A program made the translations under genes and the position numbers. The notes beneath the pieces were generated by a model, which saw only the letters and a program-made list of their open reading frames with translations, was not told the DNA's origin and searched no databases. Shown here one piece after another: positions 52,521-62,323 of a stretch of 64,000 nt of DNA. How positions within the stretch are numbered: the first letter of the stretch is position 1; the number at the start of each line of letters is the position of its first letter. Source of the DNA: Opitutales bacterium. GTDB lineage: Bacteria > Verrucomicrobiota > Verrucomicrobiia > Opitutales > UBA2987. The stretch is from the NCBI GenBank assembly GCA_965226885.1, contig CBDDEL010000013.1:480001-544000 (forward strand). The letters run 5' to 3'.

Positions 52521-55500
52521 ATGAATATATTGACAACCAATATTTCGTTTTTTCGGAAATACAGGTTGTTGCTATATCTTTCCTGCGCGATTTTCCCCAT
52601 CCAGTTTTTACGGGCGGAATCGACGACCATGGCGCTCTGGCTGTTCGACGAGCAGGTCGGAATCTATCCCAGTTGCGTTTTAAGCGATTCTTCGGAAACC
52701 GACTTTCCCTTGGTTATGGGTCCCGGCGGTCGAATTGAGGAAGGCAAATTCGGCAATGCATTGTATCCGGTAGAACAACCGAAAGTGGATTATCCCGATG
52801 ATATTATTCTCTTCGGTTTGGCCCCTCTTCCGGTCCCCGAAGGCAGCCAGGTGCAGCCCATGAATTGGGCCAATGCCAATTTTGCCGCTCTTGCCACGAG
52901 CGGAGAAAATCATTTGCGCAAACAAGTCGGATTCCTCAACGCAAGCAGAACCGGGTTGAATCTGGGAACTTATGACTGGACAATTGAATTCTGGTATTTG
53001 CCGTCTCGAAAGGCTCAAGAAGAAGGAGTGGTTTTTGAAATAGGAACCGGTCCGCGGGGTGAAAATGAAAAGGTAACCCGGCTGCTCATCAACAAAAACC
53101 GCAACGGGTTTGTATTTCATAACGAACCGGGCGGCATCAGCCTGGCCATTCCATCGGATAAATCGGCCCTCCGCCCCGGTTCCAAGGAATGGTGTCATCT
53201 GGCTTTCGTTTACGATGCGGAAGAAGGGCAATTGCGGCACTATGTGGATGGCGTTCTGCAAACCCTGCCCCGGCAAGCGGCCATCCGGTCCCTCGATTTT
53301 GGAGAGGAAGCCTATTTCAGTATTGGGCGTGACGGCCTGTGGCAGCGGCCGTTGCCGGGCAAGATTGATGAGCTGCGGTTTTCCAGGGGAATCGTTTACA
53401 AGGAGGGATTTCAGCCTCCGGGCACCTTCGGCAGGCAGGTATTGAGAGCAAAAAATGGTCCCTTGAGGTTGAAAAAAGGCCCGTCTCTGCTCTTTGGTGG
53501 TGAATCCGATAAAAAACAGGTCCTTTCCCTGGCTGGACGAAAATATTTGTTCATCGATAATGCCATTGTGGAATCGATGGAAAACATTCAGTTCACCCCT
53601 AATCCTCCGCGGCTGGCCGAACGGGTGATTGACAATATAAAGGGTGCCTTCCGCAAACATATTACAGTTATCGAAGGCGAGGATGGGTTGATTCGTCTAT
53701 ACAATGGACTGAAGGATAACCATTTGGGGGTCAGGATATCAAGGGATGGGATTCATTGGCAAATACCGGATCTGGGCCTCAGTGATGACAGCGATTATCC
53801 AAATATTGTCATTCCGGAGAGGGTTGGAACGGGTTCCCTGTTTTTGGACCCCAACGCGCCAGCGGAATCCCGCTGGAAATATTTCAGCGGTTATTCCAAG
53901 CGGGGGATGTTTATGTATTCCTCTTCCGACGGGTGGTCTTTCCGCCGGAATAAAACGGCCGCGCTTCCCTTCAGAGCGGCCTCGCAATCATTCATTTATT
54001 ATGATGATCAAAGGCAGCGTTATGTCGCTTTTCACCGCACCGATTATCCTCGTACCCTGGCCGGTGAAACGCAGCGGGAATTCGTGCGCACTGAAACGGT
54101 CGATATCGATGCCCCCTGGCCATTCAAAGCTGCCACGCAGGCGGTTTTTGAGGAGGTTTCAAAAAACAAGCGCATGCACACACTCAACCCCTGGTATCTT
54201 GACAACGGTCCGCTTACTCCCGGTGGTTTTGGTTTTGAATACCCCACCGGATTTGCACCCGATGATGAACTCGATCCTTCGGGCACGGATATTTACAATC
54301 CCAAAGCAATCAAATATCCTTGGGCACCCGATGCCTACCTGGCTTTTCCGGTGGTTTATCTCCATTATGAAGTAGACGGCCCGGTCACTCGCCATGTACT
54401 AGGCGAGGAATCTCGCGGTCGTGGTTCCGGCCCGATAGAGACCCAGGTCTCCGTCAGCCGGGATGGTCTTGAGTGGAAACGTTATCCGCGTCCGGCCTAT
54501 GTCGGCATTGGGGATCATCTTGGACGTGATATTCACCAGGCTATTCACCAGGCTTATATGGCCGATGGTTTAATCCGGCGCGGGAATGAAATATGGCAAT
54601 ATTATTACGGTGAGGAAATCTATCATTCAAGTTATCAAAAAGGCCCCAAAAGAAGCGCCGGTTACAGGTTAGTGCAGCGTTTGGACGGATTTGTTTCGGC
54701 AGACTCACCCTACGAAAAAGGGTAGTGTATTAAGTAGGAATGGTGGCTAATTCTTGATTATATTGATGAATGAAAAGTCTCAGACAGGTTTCATGCATAC
54801 TCTTAAGCTTGGAAAAGGAGAGGGTTTTGCGTGTGAAACGACCCAGTCGTTGGCGCAGGGTATTGTTCCATCGTTCCACATGGGCCGTTTCACCGGTTTC
54901 TTTTCCCACGGATCGGTTATGAGGAAAGACTTCATCATAAGTGCTCCAAAAGTCGCTGTAGGTGGCACATCTTTTGTAGGCCCGTGGCAGACGCTCGTAA
55001 AGTTCCCGGCAACGATACCAATCCCGAGGCCCAATGGCATAGGAGAGGATTTGACGGGTGCGTCGGCAAAGAGCGATCCAAACCCATTGGGCATCGCTCT
55101 TGCGCCCCACAAAAGACCACAGTTCGTCCAGTTCAATGACATCATGGCGGCGGGCCGCAAGAATCGTGCTTTTGAGCGGTCGCAGCGATTGTCGTTTTTT
55201 TTAACCAACTCAAAACGGTGTTGGGACTCACCCCGAAGGCGCGCTGTAAACCGCGTAGACTGCTGCGTTCCTGATAGACTCGAAGGATCATTTCTTTTTG
55301 CTCTTCGGTGTATTTCACTGTGGGGTTTTCGCGGCTTTGTTTACCACAATCATGGCAGCGGTAGCGCTGTTTATGGTTGGGCGTCTTGCCAAATTTAATG
55401 ATATTTTCACTTCCACAGTGCCGACAATTAATAATTTTAGTAACCATGCACTAAGAATAAACTGCCTAACGCTATTTGTACAGCTAAAAATACAAAATAA

Positions 55501-55838
55501 CATTCTTTTTTTATACACTACCCGAAAAAGAGGCCTCCCTGACGACACGCCCTCTGATCTTTGAAGGGAACCGGTTGGTCCTCAATATCGACACCGAAGC
55601 GGCCGGATACGCCCAGGTGGGCCTGGTGGATATGCAAGGCAAGCCGATACCCGGGTACTCGGTTGATGAATGTATTTACATCAACGGCGACTTTATAGAG
55701 ACAGAGGTTGAATGGCTAAATACCGGAACGGACCTGGAAAAATTGCAAGGCGTGCCGGTAAGGGTCGAATTTCGTATGCGCGGCAGCAAGCTCTACTCCA
55801 TGCAATTCAAGACCACGGATTCAACCATCGTGGAATGA
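52521..55838 (+). pseudogene. Secreted LamG + beta-propeller glycosidase-like protein interrupted by IS1
   Basis: WTIEFW/HLAFVYD/YVDG/IDELRFS (LamG); SRDGIHW, SRDGLEW; SPYEK rejoins EASLTTRPLIFEGNRLVLN after IS removal. Confidence 0.82.
54721..55522 (-). mobile_element. IS1-family type A, complete (802 bp)
   Basis: IRs GGTAGTGTAT; 8-bp TSD CGAAAAAG; InsA 55142-55447, InsB 54730-55110. Confidence 0.96.
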
Positions 55839-57533
55839 GTGATGGACGGAAAACCCATTCAGATACTTCAGGTTGATTTTGCGATAGTAATGCGGGGCGG
55901 CCTTTAAAAGATCATCCAATTCCTCCCGGTGCCCCAACTGCCTTAAAACGGCCCATTCACTGGCATGTCCCGGGCGCCGGTCACCATCCCAGAGCGAAAA
56001 ACCGTCGGCCCCGCGTTCATAATAATCCTTGGCCATCCGAACGAAATTTTCGCCGGGCTGGTTACGGGGCATCATATCCGGCCAGATATGTAGTTTTTCT
56101 CCTCCTGCTTCTCTCCACTGCTCGATAAAACCAGGTTCCACGCTGGTCGTCGGCATTAGGTAATCGACCAGGCCTTCCTTTATCCAGGTGAGCACATCGC
56201 AATTATATTTGAGGGGATCGTAGATTTTATCCGTTTCGTATTTAAAACCGGTACCATAAAAGGTGACGCCGAGTTCGCGCCCCGTTTTTTTGTTCACCAT
56301 GGCCCTGATTTCCCGTAAAAAAGTGGTCACATATTCAGCGCTGTGCTCCAGCCACCTCGGGTCCTTGGAGGAAACTTCCCGCGGGTCTTCCCCATATTTC
56401 TCTTTGAAAGATCGCACGACCGGTTCCTCGTAAAGAACAAAAGGCTGGCAGCGGTGGAGGTAAACTTGCACCCCGTCGATTCCGTAGTCCAGGGTTTCCC
56501 GCAACAGGTTGATCCAGTGATTCCTGACCTCCGGATAAGCAATGCTCAGATTGGTGGTGGGAACGCCCTCCCGATCCAGCTTGGCAAATTGGCGGTTTTT
56601 CCAGTAAAAACTGCCCCAACCGATAGGGTTGGGCACCATGGGATATCCGGGGCCCATCATTCTCATCCCGGAAAAAATCTTCATACCGTTGGCATGGGCC
56701 AGTTCCTTAAATGCGGCCAATGAATCGATCCATTCATCTTTCCAGCGATTGTCCTCTCCACCGACGTCCCCGATTTTCGTGTGGAAAGCGCAAAGGTTTC
56801 CCCGAATGGCTTCAAATATGAAAATGCCGACATCGTTGTTGAGGTAAGGCTGTATTTCGTGGGTATACCAATCGGGGTCAGTCGGGTGATAATTCGGGGT
56901 GCCGAAAGCGTGGCCGGTGAGTATGCCCGTGCACCATTGTAGGGCGACACGCCGAGTTTCAGGGCGCGGATTGAGATTTTGGCTGGCCTCCAATTCCTCG
57001 CCTTCAACAGGGACCAACTTGACATAAGAAATGTTGGCCGTTTTCCCTAAATAACGGCTGTTATAGGGCCATTGCATGGGGCGAAAACTTACCGTTTGAT
57101 CCGTCACATCCGCCGTTTTCCAATAAACTTCCTGGATCGATTTATAAACTTCGCTGTCCCGGCCAACCTTTTTGATATTATCAGATCTCCAACCGATCTC
57201 CAGGGCAAAACGGCTGAATCCTTTGTCGTTTGTCAGTTTGGCTTCCAGTTGACCGTAGAGCGGCCATTGGCGGTGGTGAAAAGTATCGCTGCCGGGCGTA
57301 CGGGTGTAATTGATGCCCAGAAAAATTTTGTAAACGCCATCCAGGTTAAGCGGCAGCCGAATTTCCACCGCTTCATCGTCCGGAGAAGCGAAGGCCATAT
57401 TTCCTTTGACGCCTTCTTCCGTTTCGTAACTGACGATTTGCCAGCAGCCTTTTTGAGGATTTTTCCATAAGGGCTGCCGTGGTTCGCACTGCAACATGTC
57501 CGCGAGAATTACCGTTTGTTTATTATTTTCCAT
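55821..57533 (-). CDS. Hypothetical protein with glycoside-hydrolase-like (GHL10-type) TIM barrel
   Basis: LSIAYPEVRNHWINLLRETLDYGIDGV, WIKEGLVDYL, GADGFSLWD; no signal peptide. Confidence 0.65.
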   Translation of the reverse strand: MENNKQTVILADMLQCEPRQPLWKNPQKGCWQIVSYETEEGVKGNMAFASPDDEAVEIRLPLNLDGVYKIFLGINYTRTPGSDTFHHRQWPLYGQLEAKLTNDKGFSRFALEIGWRSDNIKKVGRDSEVYKSIQEVYWKTADVTDQTVSFRPMQWPYNSRYLGKTANISYVKLVPVEGEELEASQNLNPRPETRRVALQWCTGILTGHAFGTPNYHPTDPDWYTHEIQPYLNNDVGIFIFEAIRGNLCAFHTKIGDVGGEDNRWKDEWIDSLAAFKELAHANGMKIFSGMRMMGPGYPMVPNPIGWGSFYWKNRQFAKLDREGVPTTNLSIAYPEVRNHWINLLRETLDYGIDGVQVYLHRCQPFVLYEEPVVRSFKEKYGEDPREVSSKDPRWLEHSAEYVTTFLREIRAMVNKKTGRELGVTFYGTGFKYETDKIYDPLKYNCDVLTWIKEGLVDYLMPTTSVEPGFIEQWREAGGEKLHIWPDMMPRNQPGENFVRMAKDYYERGADGFSLWDGDRRPGHASEWAVLRQLGHREELDDLLKAAPHYYRKINLKYLNGFSVHHSFHDG

Positions 57534-57630
57534 AAATCGTTAGTCTGTAGAGAAATCTAATTACCGTGTCTCTAGCTTCTCTACTCTGCCGAAAATTTAA
57601 CCATCACCCGGGGGTTTCGCAAAATTGCGG

Positions 57631-58887
57631 TCAACCTTTGCCCAACAGCCGCAGGTGTTTGCTGAAATGGGCATTCAACACATCCTTGTGCAGTTGGGAA
57701 TGTTTTTCGAGATTTTCCAGAATCGCTTCCTTAAAAGTTTGGCCATTCTCCCTTTTGCCGTCGGTCAGGACAGAGCCGAAAGTAACGTGCAACAACTGTC
57801 GGCCTTTGTTTTGGTTAAGGTAAAAATCCTCCAGGTCATCGATCTTTTGGTGGCTTATCCGGGCCACATCCTCATCCGTGACGGAGAGATGATAAGTGGC
57901 TTTGTCCACCGGAAAACGGCCCACACTGTAGCAGGCGATTTCTTTAAACAAGGGCAAATCCTCGCGCAAAATCACTCGCAGGGCCTCGAGATAACTGGTT
58001 CCGGCGGTTTTAACGTGCAGGAGTTCGCCACAAACCCGCCCGATGATGGGATAAACCGCAAATTTATCGGACCCGCTGTGCAGGCTCATCTTGTAAGGCC
58101 CCATTTTTTTGGCGATGGCGGTGTGTTCTTGCAGGGAATCCTCGAATAATTGCAGGCTGCCCTTGAAATCGACTCCCTTTTCAAAATCTCCGGTGAAACG
58201 AGGCGCCAGACTTATAACCGCAACGCCATACCTCTTTAATTCGAGGGCGATAAAAAGATGTTCAAGAGTAGTGGTGGGAGTTTCCGTTTCATCTACCGAG
58301 ACCTCGATTTCGTAAAGCTGGCCGGCACACTCCCGTTCGATGTGCCGAGCCATTTTTTCCATGTAATGGACGGCCTCGCCATACTTGACACCGGCCCGCA
58401 AAAGCGCTTCCGGGGTAAAGGTCAGCTCTAGATTATCGGAAATTTCATAATTTTTACCAAGGTAAAGATTTTCCAGTGATTCACCGCCGTAAATGCCCGC
58501 GCTATTCTGCCGGGAAACGGATTCACGCAAATCTTTTTCACTCATTCCGTTTGCCTCATTGACCACATAATCGGATGGGTCGATGGTGAAAAAAGTATAA
58601 CCGGCAGTCGCCATTCGGCGGACATCGTCCGCGGTTTTCAAGTGATCGGCATCGGCACCCCAGGGCTTATTGCAATCCACTGCTGCCAAGGACCTTTGGG
58701 CCGCCGACAATACTTCTTCTGCCGTTCGCTTTGTGCGGTCCAGTTCGCGGATGGATTGTTGGGCAAAAATACCCGCAAAATCGAATTTCTCATTCGCCGC
58801 AATATGGCCCGGTCCGGCCAGACCAAGCCGGTCTCCATAGCCGAATGATTTCTTAAGACCGAGGACGGTTGGTTTATTTGAGTTCAT
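57631..58887 (-). CDS. uxaE: Tagaturonate/fructuronate epimerase
   Basis: SFGYGDRLG, AQQSIRE, GADADHLK, EVSVDET, APRFTGDFEKGVD, SLHSGSDKF, HVKTAGTSYLEALR, HVTFGSVL. Confidence 0.92.
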   Translation of the reverse strand: MNSNKPTVLGLKKSFGYGDRLGLAGPGHIAANEKFDFAGIFAQQSIRELDRTKRTAEEVLSAAQRSLAAVDCNKPWGADADHLKTADDVRRMATAGYTFFTIDPSDYVVNEANGMSEKDLRESVSRQNSAGIYGGESLENLYLGKNYEISDNLELTFTPEALLRAGVKYGEAVHYMEKMARHIERECAGQLYEIEVSVDETETPTTTLEHLFIALELKRYGVAVISLAPRFTGDFEKGVDFKGSLQLFEDSLQEHTAIAKKMGPYKMSLHSGSDKFAVYPIIGRVCGELLHVKTAGTSYLEALRVILREDLPLFKEIACYSVGRFPVDKATYHLSVTDEDVARISHQKIDDLEDFYLNQNKGRQLLHVTFGSVLTDGKRENGQTFKEAILENLEKHSQLHKDVLNAHFSKHLRLLGKG

Positions 58888-59012
58888 TTTTATTTAACTT
58901 GGATTTCACCACAGCTTTGTCAATGTTCAAAGCTACGGTAGAACTGTAAAATCATAAATACATGAATACTAAACTGTTATAAATACAAAATTTTCTTTAA
59001 AGGAAGTGGGCG

Positions 59013-59054
59013 ACCTGATATTAAGTGTTAAATACCTGATATTAAGTGTTAAAT
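59013..59054. repeat. Perfect tandem duplication, 21 bp x2, abutting a start codon
   Basis: ACCTGATATTAAGTGTTAAAT twice. Confidence 0.96.
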
Positions 59055-60378
59055 GATAGAATCAATCGAGGCTAAAGGAAAACTCATTGACTCGTGCAGA
59101 CTGGACGGCGAGGGGCGTAACAACGATGTCTATCTCGGACATCCAAACGGTTGCCAACTAAGTGTAGATCGCTGGCTTATTATCTATGCGACGCGTGGAT
59201 GGCGCAATGTCGATGACGATCGTAGTATCGTCTATCAGCTTAGGGATAAAAAACCGGACGGAGCGCTCATTAAGGAAGGGTTTTTCCGGCAAACAATTAC
59301 AGATTGGGACCCCGACGGCGATGGATCGAATTACATCAGGCAGCACGGCCATCCGATTGTCTATGGCATTCCGCAAGGAGCCGTCATTGATGGGAAACCG
59401 GCGGCCAACGCAAATGTTTTCATGGCCCGCTGGCGGAGAAACAATTTCGGCGTCCTCAATCCCGAAACCGGCCTGGTCCACGAGAGGGTCAAAGACAATA
59501 TTTCCAGAAGATTGCGCATTGAGGAAGTTCAATTCCGTCTCAACGACAAAAAGGATGACATTGAATTGCTTTGCCCGGTCAAGGTGGCGGCTGAACGCGG
59601 GTATGAAAAAGGTCCCGAATTTTGCCGACGGGGTTCATTTGCCTGGATGAACCAGAATTTCACACTACCGATTCCATTTAACGATAATGCCTCCGAATGG
59701 GTGGCCATCGATCATTTTTCGGGTGGCGGTGTGGCGGCGGTCAAATACCGGTTCAATTTTGGAAAAGGACTTTATGAATGGGTTGAAACTGGCCCTATGC
59801 TCAAAACCGAACGGTGGGAACACATCGAAACCAGCATCGTCCGCAATGGCCGGGATTGGATCCTATGCACACGTTCTCATTGCGAAGATTCGCATGTTCG
59901 CGGAGCCAATGGTTTTTTTCGCACAGCCGATCCTTTTAAAGCCTTTTCCGAACCTTCTTTCAGAAGATACCGGACGAATCGGACCCCCATTACTCTTTAC
60001 AATTGCCCCGATGGAGAGTTTCGCCTGTTTACGGGCGATTCGGAGGCGTCGCCTTATGCCAATGCCCGCAATCCGCTGTATTGCTGGAAAATCGGCCTCG
60101 AGAGTTTCAATCTGACGGAATGCCGTGAAGTATTCGACTGCATCGGTAATGGATTGCTGCCGAGGGAATCCTCGCCCAAGTCGGAAATGTGCAAACTACT
60201 TCCGCACGGCGGTGGGCGGGAGCAATACTTGCTGTGGAGGGTGAGAGCGATGAATATCGGCGTTGCCGGTTACCACGGCCTTCCCGCCATAACCGAGGAA
60301 ATGAAAGAATCCCACGGTATTTATTATGGATGCATTCGTTATACGGAGGATTTGCCGGGAGCGTGGACCTTTGCTTGA
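59053..60378 (+). CDS. Uncharacterised 441-aa protein, paralog of 36148-37520
   Basis: Shared blocks CRLxGE, DDxRSxVYQ, DWDPxGDGSxY, PQGAVIxGK, YEWVETGP, LLPHxGG. Confidence 0.82.
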   Translation: MIESIEAKGKLIDSCRLDGEGRNNDVYLGHPNGCQLSVDRWLIIYATRGWRNVDDDRSIVYQLRDKKPDGALIKEGFFRQTITDWDPDGDGSNYIRQHGHPIVYGIPQGAVIDGKPAANANVFMARWRRNNFGVLNPETGLVHERVKDNISRRLRIEEVQFRLNDKKDDIELLCPVKVAAERGYEKGPEFCRRGSFAWMNQNFTLPIPFNDNASEWVAIDHFSGGGVAAVKYRFNFGKGLYEWVETGPMLKTERWEHIETSIVRNGRDWILCTRSHCEDSHVRGANGFFRTADPFKAFSEPSFRRYRTNRTPITLYNCPDGEFRLFTGDSEASPYANARNPLYCWKIGLESFNLTECREVFDCIGNGLLPRESSPKSEMCKLLPHGGGREQYLLWRVRAMNIGVAGYHGLPAITEEMKESHGIYYGCIRYTEDLPGAWTFA

Positions 60379-60391
60379 AGGTATTTTTGCC

Positions 60392-62323
60392 ATGAAGCTA
60401 TTGCCATTATTAGGCGGAAATTTGTTAAAGCTGTCCCTGGGCAGTTTGCTGCTGACCGGTTGTCTCAAATCCGACTTCCAAACCGGTCAATTAGCCGAAA
60501 GTAACAACAATTCTCCGGTCAAAGAGCAGTTGCCTATGGCACCCGCAGAGATCGATCCGGTCATTCTTTTCAGCCGCGCCTTCAAAGAGGCCCCCATGCT
60601 CAAAATTCGTGTTGAGGCGGGCGAATTGCCTCCTGTTTTCGAGCGGCTGCCGGAAAATCCCCTCGTCATCGTTCCGGTGGAAAACATTGGCCATTACGGG
60701 GGATCGCTCCGCCGCACCTTGCAAAGCGACATCAATGATGAAACCGCTGTGAGGAAAACCCTGAGCGAAAGCCTGATGGGTTATGAGAGGCCGGTTCCGG
60801 GCAAACCGGTGCTCAATTTAGCCGAAAGTTACGAGTTTCTAGATAATGGACGAACGGTTCTTTTTAAATTGCGTAAGGGCATTCGATGGTCGGACGGCAT
60901 GCCCTTCACGGTGGACGACAATCTCTTTTGGTACGAGGATATGACCCTTGACGACAATGCCCGTTACGACCCTCTTTTCCCGACGCGATGGACGAGCAAC
61001 GGGAAACCGGTGCGCATGGCCAAAGTGGATGATTATACGCTGAAGATTTCAGCCGATGAATCATTGGGTATGATTTTGAGAACGTTGTGCCATGACCATA
61101 TTGCCTTGCCCAAGCATGTATTTGCCCAATACCACCCAAGGTATAACCCGCAGGCCAATTATCAAGATTTACAGAAGAGGACGACAAACGGCCAACTCGC
61201 ATTCGAACCCGGAATTCCGCGATTATCAGCCTGGGTACCGTTAGAGTGGGAACACGGCCAAAAAGCTGTTTACGCACGCAACCCCTATTACTGGAAAGTT
61301 GATACCGAGGGGAACCAATTGCCCTATGCCGACCGCCTCGAGTTTTTTATATTACGCAATCCTGAAATCGCATTGCTCAAGTTTATGAACGGAGAACTCG
61401 ATCTTTACGATCACAGTATCAGCGACAAATGCACCATGCTTAAGAGTAAAGAAAAAAACGGGGTCTTCAAGGTGCAGAAAAATGCACCCCGGCCTATAAT
61501 TTCGCTGTTCCTGAATTGGGATGCCCCCAACATCGCTCTGCGCAATGCCTTTCGTAACCGAAAGGTGAGGATTGCCCTTTCCCTCGCGCTGAACCGAATG
61601 GAAATCGGCAATATTTTGGATAATGGATTGCTCGAACCGGTCGGGTTCTCTCTCAATCACGCCAATCCCTGGTATTCCAAAGAATCCGCCAAACTGCATT
61701 CACAGTACGATCCTCAAAAAACAGCATCCTTGCTTGATGAAGCAGGATATAGGGACGAGGACGGAGATGGTTATAGGGAATTTCCGGACGGCTCTGTTTT
61801 CACCATAATTATCGATATTTTCAGCAATAAAATGCTGATCGATCTGGGCGGGTTTATAGCCGAATATTGGGAGGCGGCTGGAATTAAAACGATCCTCAAT
61901 ATAGGATTGCAGGAAATTTTGATTTCCTGCCGCATCAATGGGAACTTTGAGGTTCACGTAACCAGCGCGCCCATGGACCCGATGTATGAGGCGGAAAAAT
62001 TTGGAACCATGGGACCGCATTTACCTTTTTGGCATCGTTATGGGGCGGACAATGGGCCGGATTGGCTGAGCGAAGTTACGGCCAAAATCAGGATGGCTGA
62101 AAATACCCTGGACGAGAAAATTCTCGATCATACCATGATTTTTATTCGCGATACTTACGCTCATCAACTACCTTTTATCACCATCGGTTCAGGACCGTCC
62201 TTGTGGGCATCCAATAATCGAATCGGTAATATACCCGACCCTGTTTATGCGGAAAGCATCTATCGAGGTTGGGATCGTGGGTCCTATCATGAACAACTCT
62301 ACATTAAACCAGGTTATGAATAA
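60392..62323 (+). CDS. ABC transporter solute-binding lipoprotein, family 5
   Basis: Lipobox LTGC; EAPML...RLPENP; WSDGMPFTVDD; RNPYYWKVDTEGNQLPYAD. Confidence 0.93.
   Translation: MKLLPLLGGNLLKLSLGSLLLTGCLKSDFQTGQLAESNNNSPVKEQLPMAPAEIDPVILFSRAFKEAPMLKIRVEAGELPPVFERLPENPLVIVPVENIGHYGGSLRRTLQSDINDETAVRKTLSESLMGYERPVPGKPVLNLAESYEFLDNGRTVLFKLRKGIRWSDGMPFTVDDNLFWYEDMTLDDNARYDPLFPTRWTSNGKPVRMAKVDDYTLKISADESLGMILRTLCHDHIALPKHVFAQYHPRYNPQANYQDLQKRTTNGQLAFEPGIPRLSAWVPLEWEHGQKAVYARNPYYWKVDTEGNQLPYADRLEFFILRNPEIALLKFMNGELDLYDHSISDKCTMLKSKEKNGVFKVQKNAPRPIISLFLNWDAPNIALRNAFRNRKVRIALSLALNRMEIGNILDNGLLEPVGFSLNHANPWYSKESAKLHSQYDPQKTASLLDEAGYRDEDGDGYREFPDGSVFTIIIDIFSNKMLIDLGGFIAEYWEAAGIKTILNIGLQEILISCRINGNFEVHVTSAPMDPMYEAEKFGTMGPHLPFWHRYGADNGPDWLSEVTAKIRMAENTLDEKILDHTMIFIRDTYAHQLPFITIGSGPSLWASNNRIGNIPDPVYAESIYRGWDRGSYHEQLYIKPGYE

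Noticed and set aside
17806..58149. Long antisense or overlapping track ORFs (e.g. 17806-18927, 27766-28428, 37561-38364, 45059-45796, 52680-53660)
   Set aside because: Shadow frames of well-supported genes, with no motifs of their own
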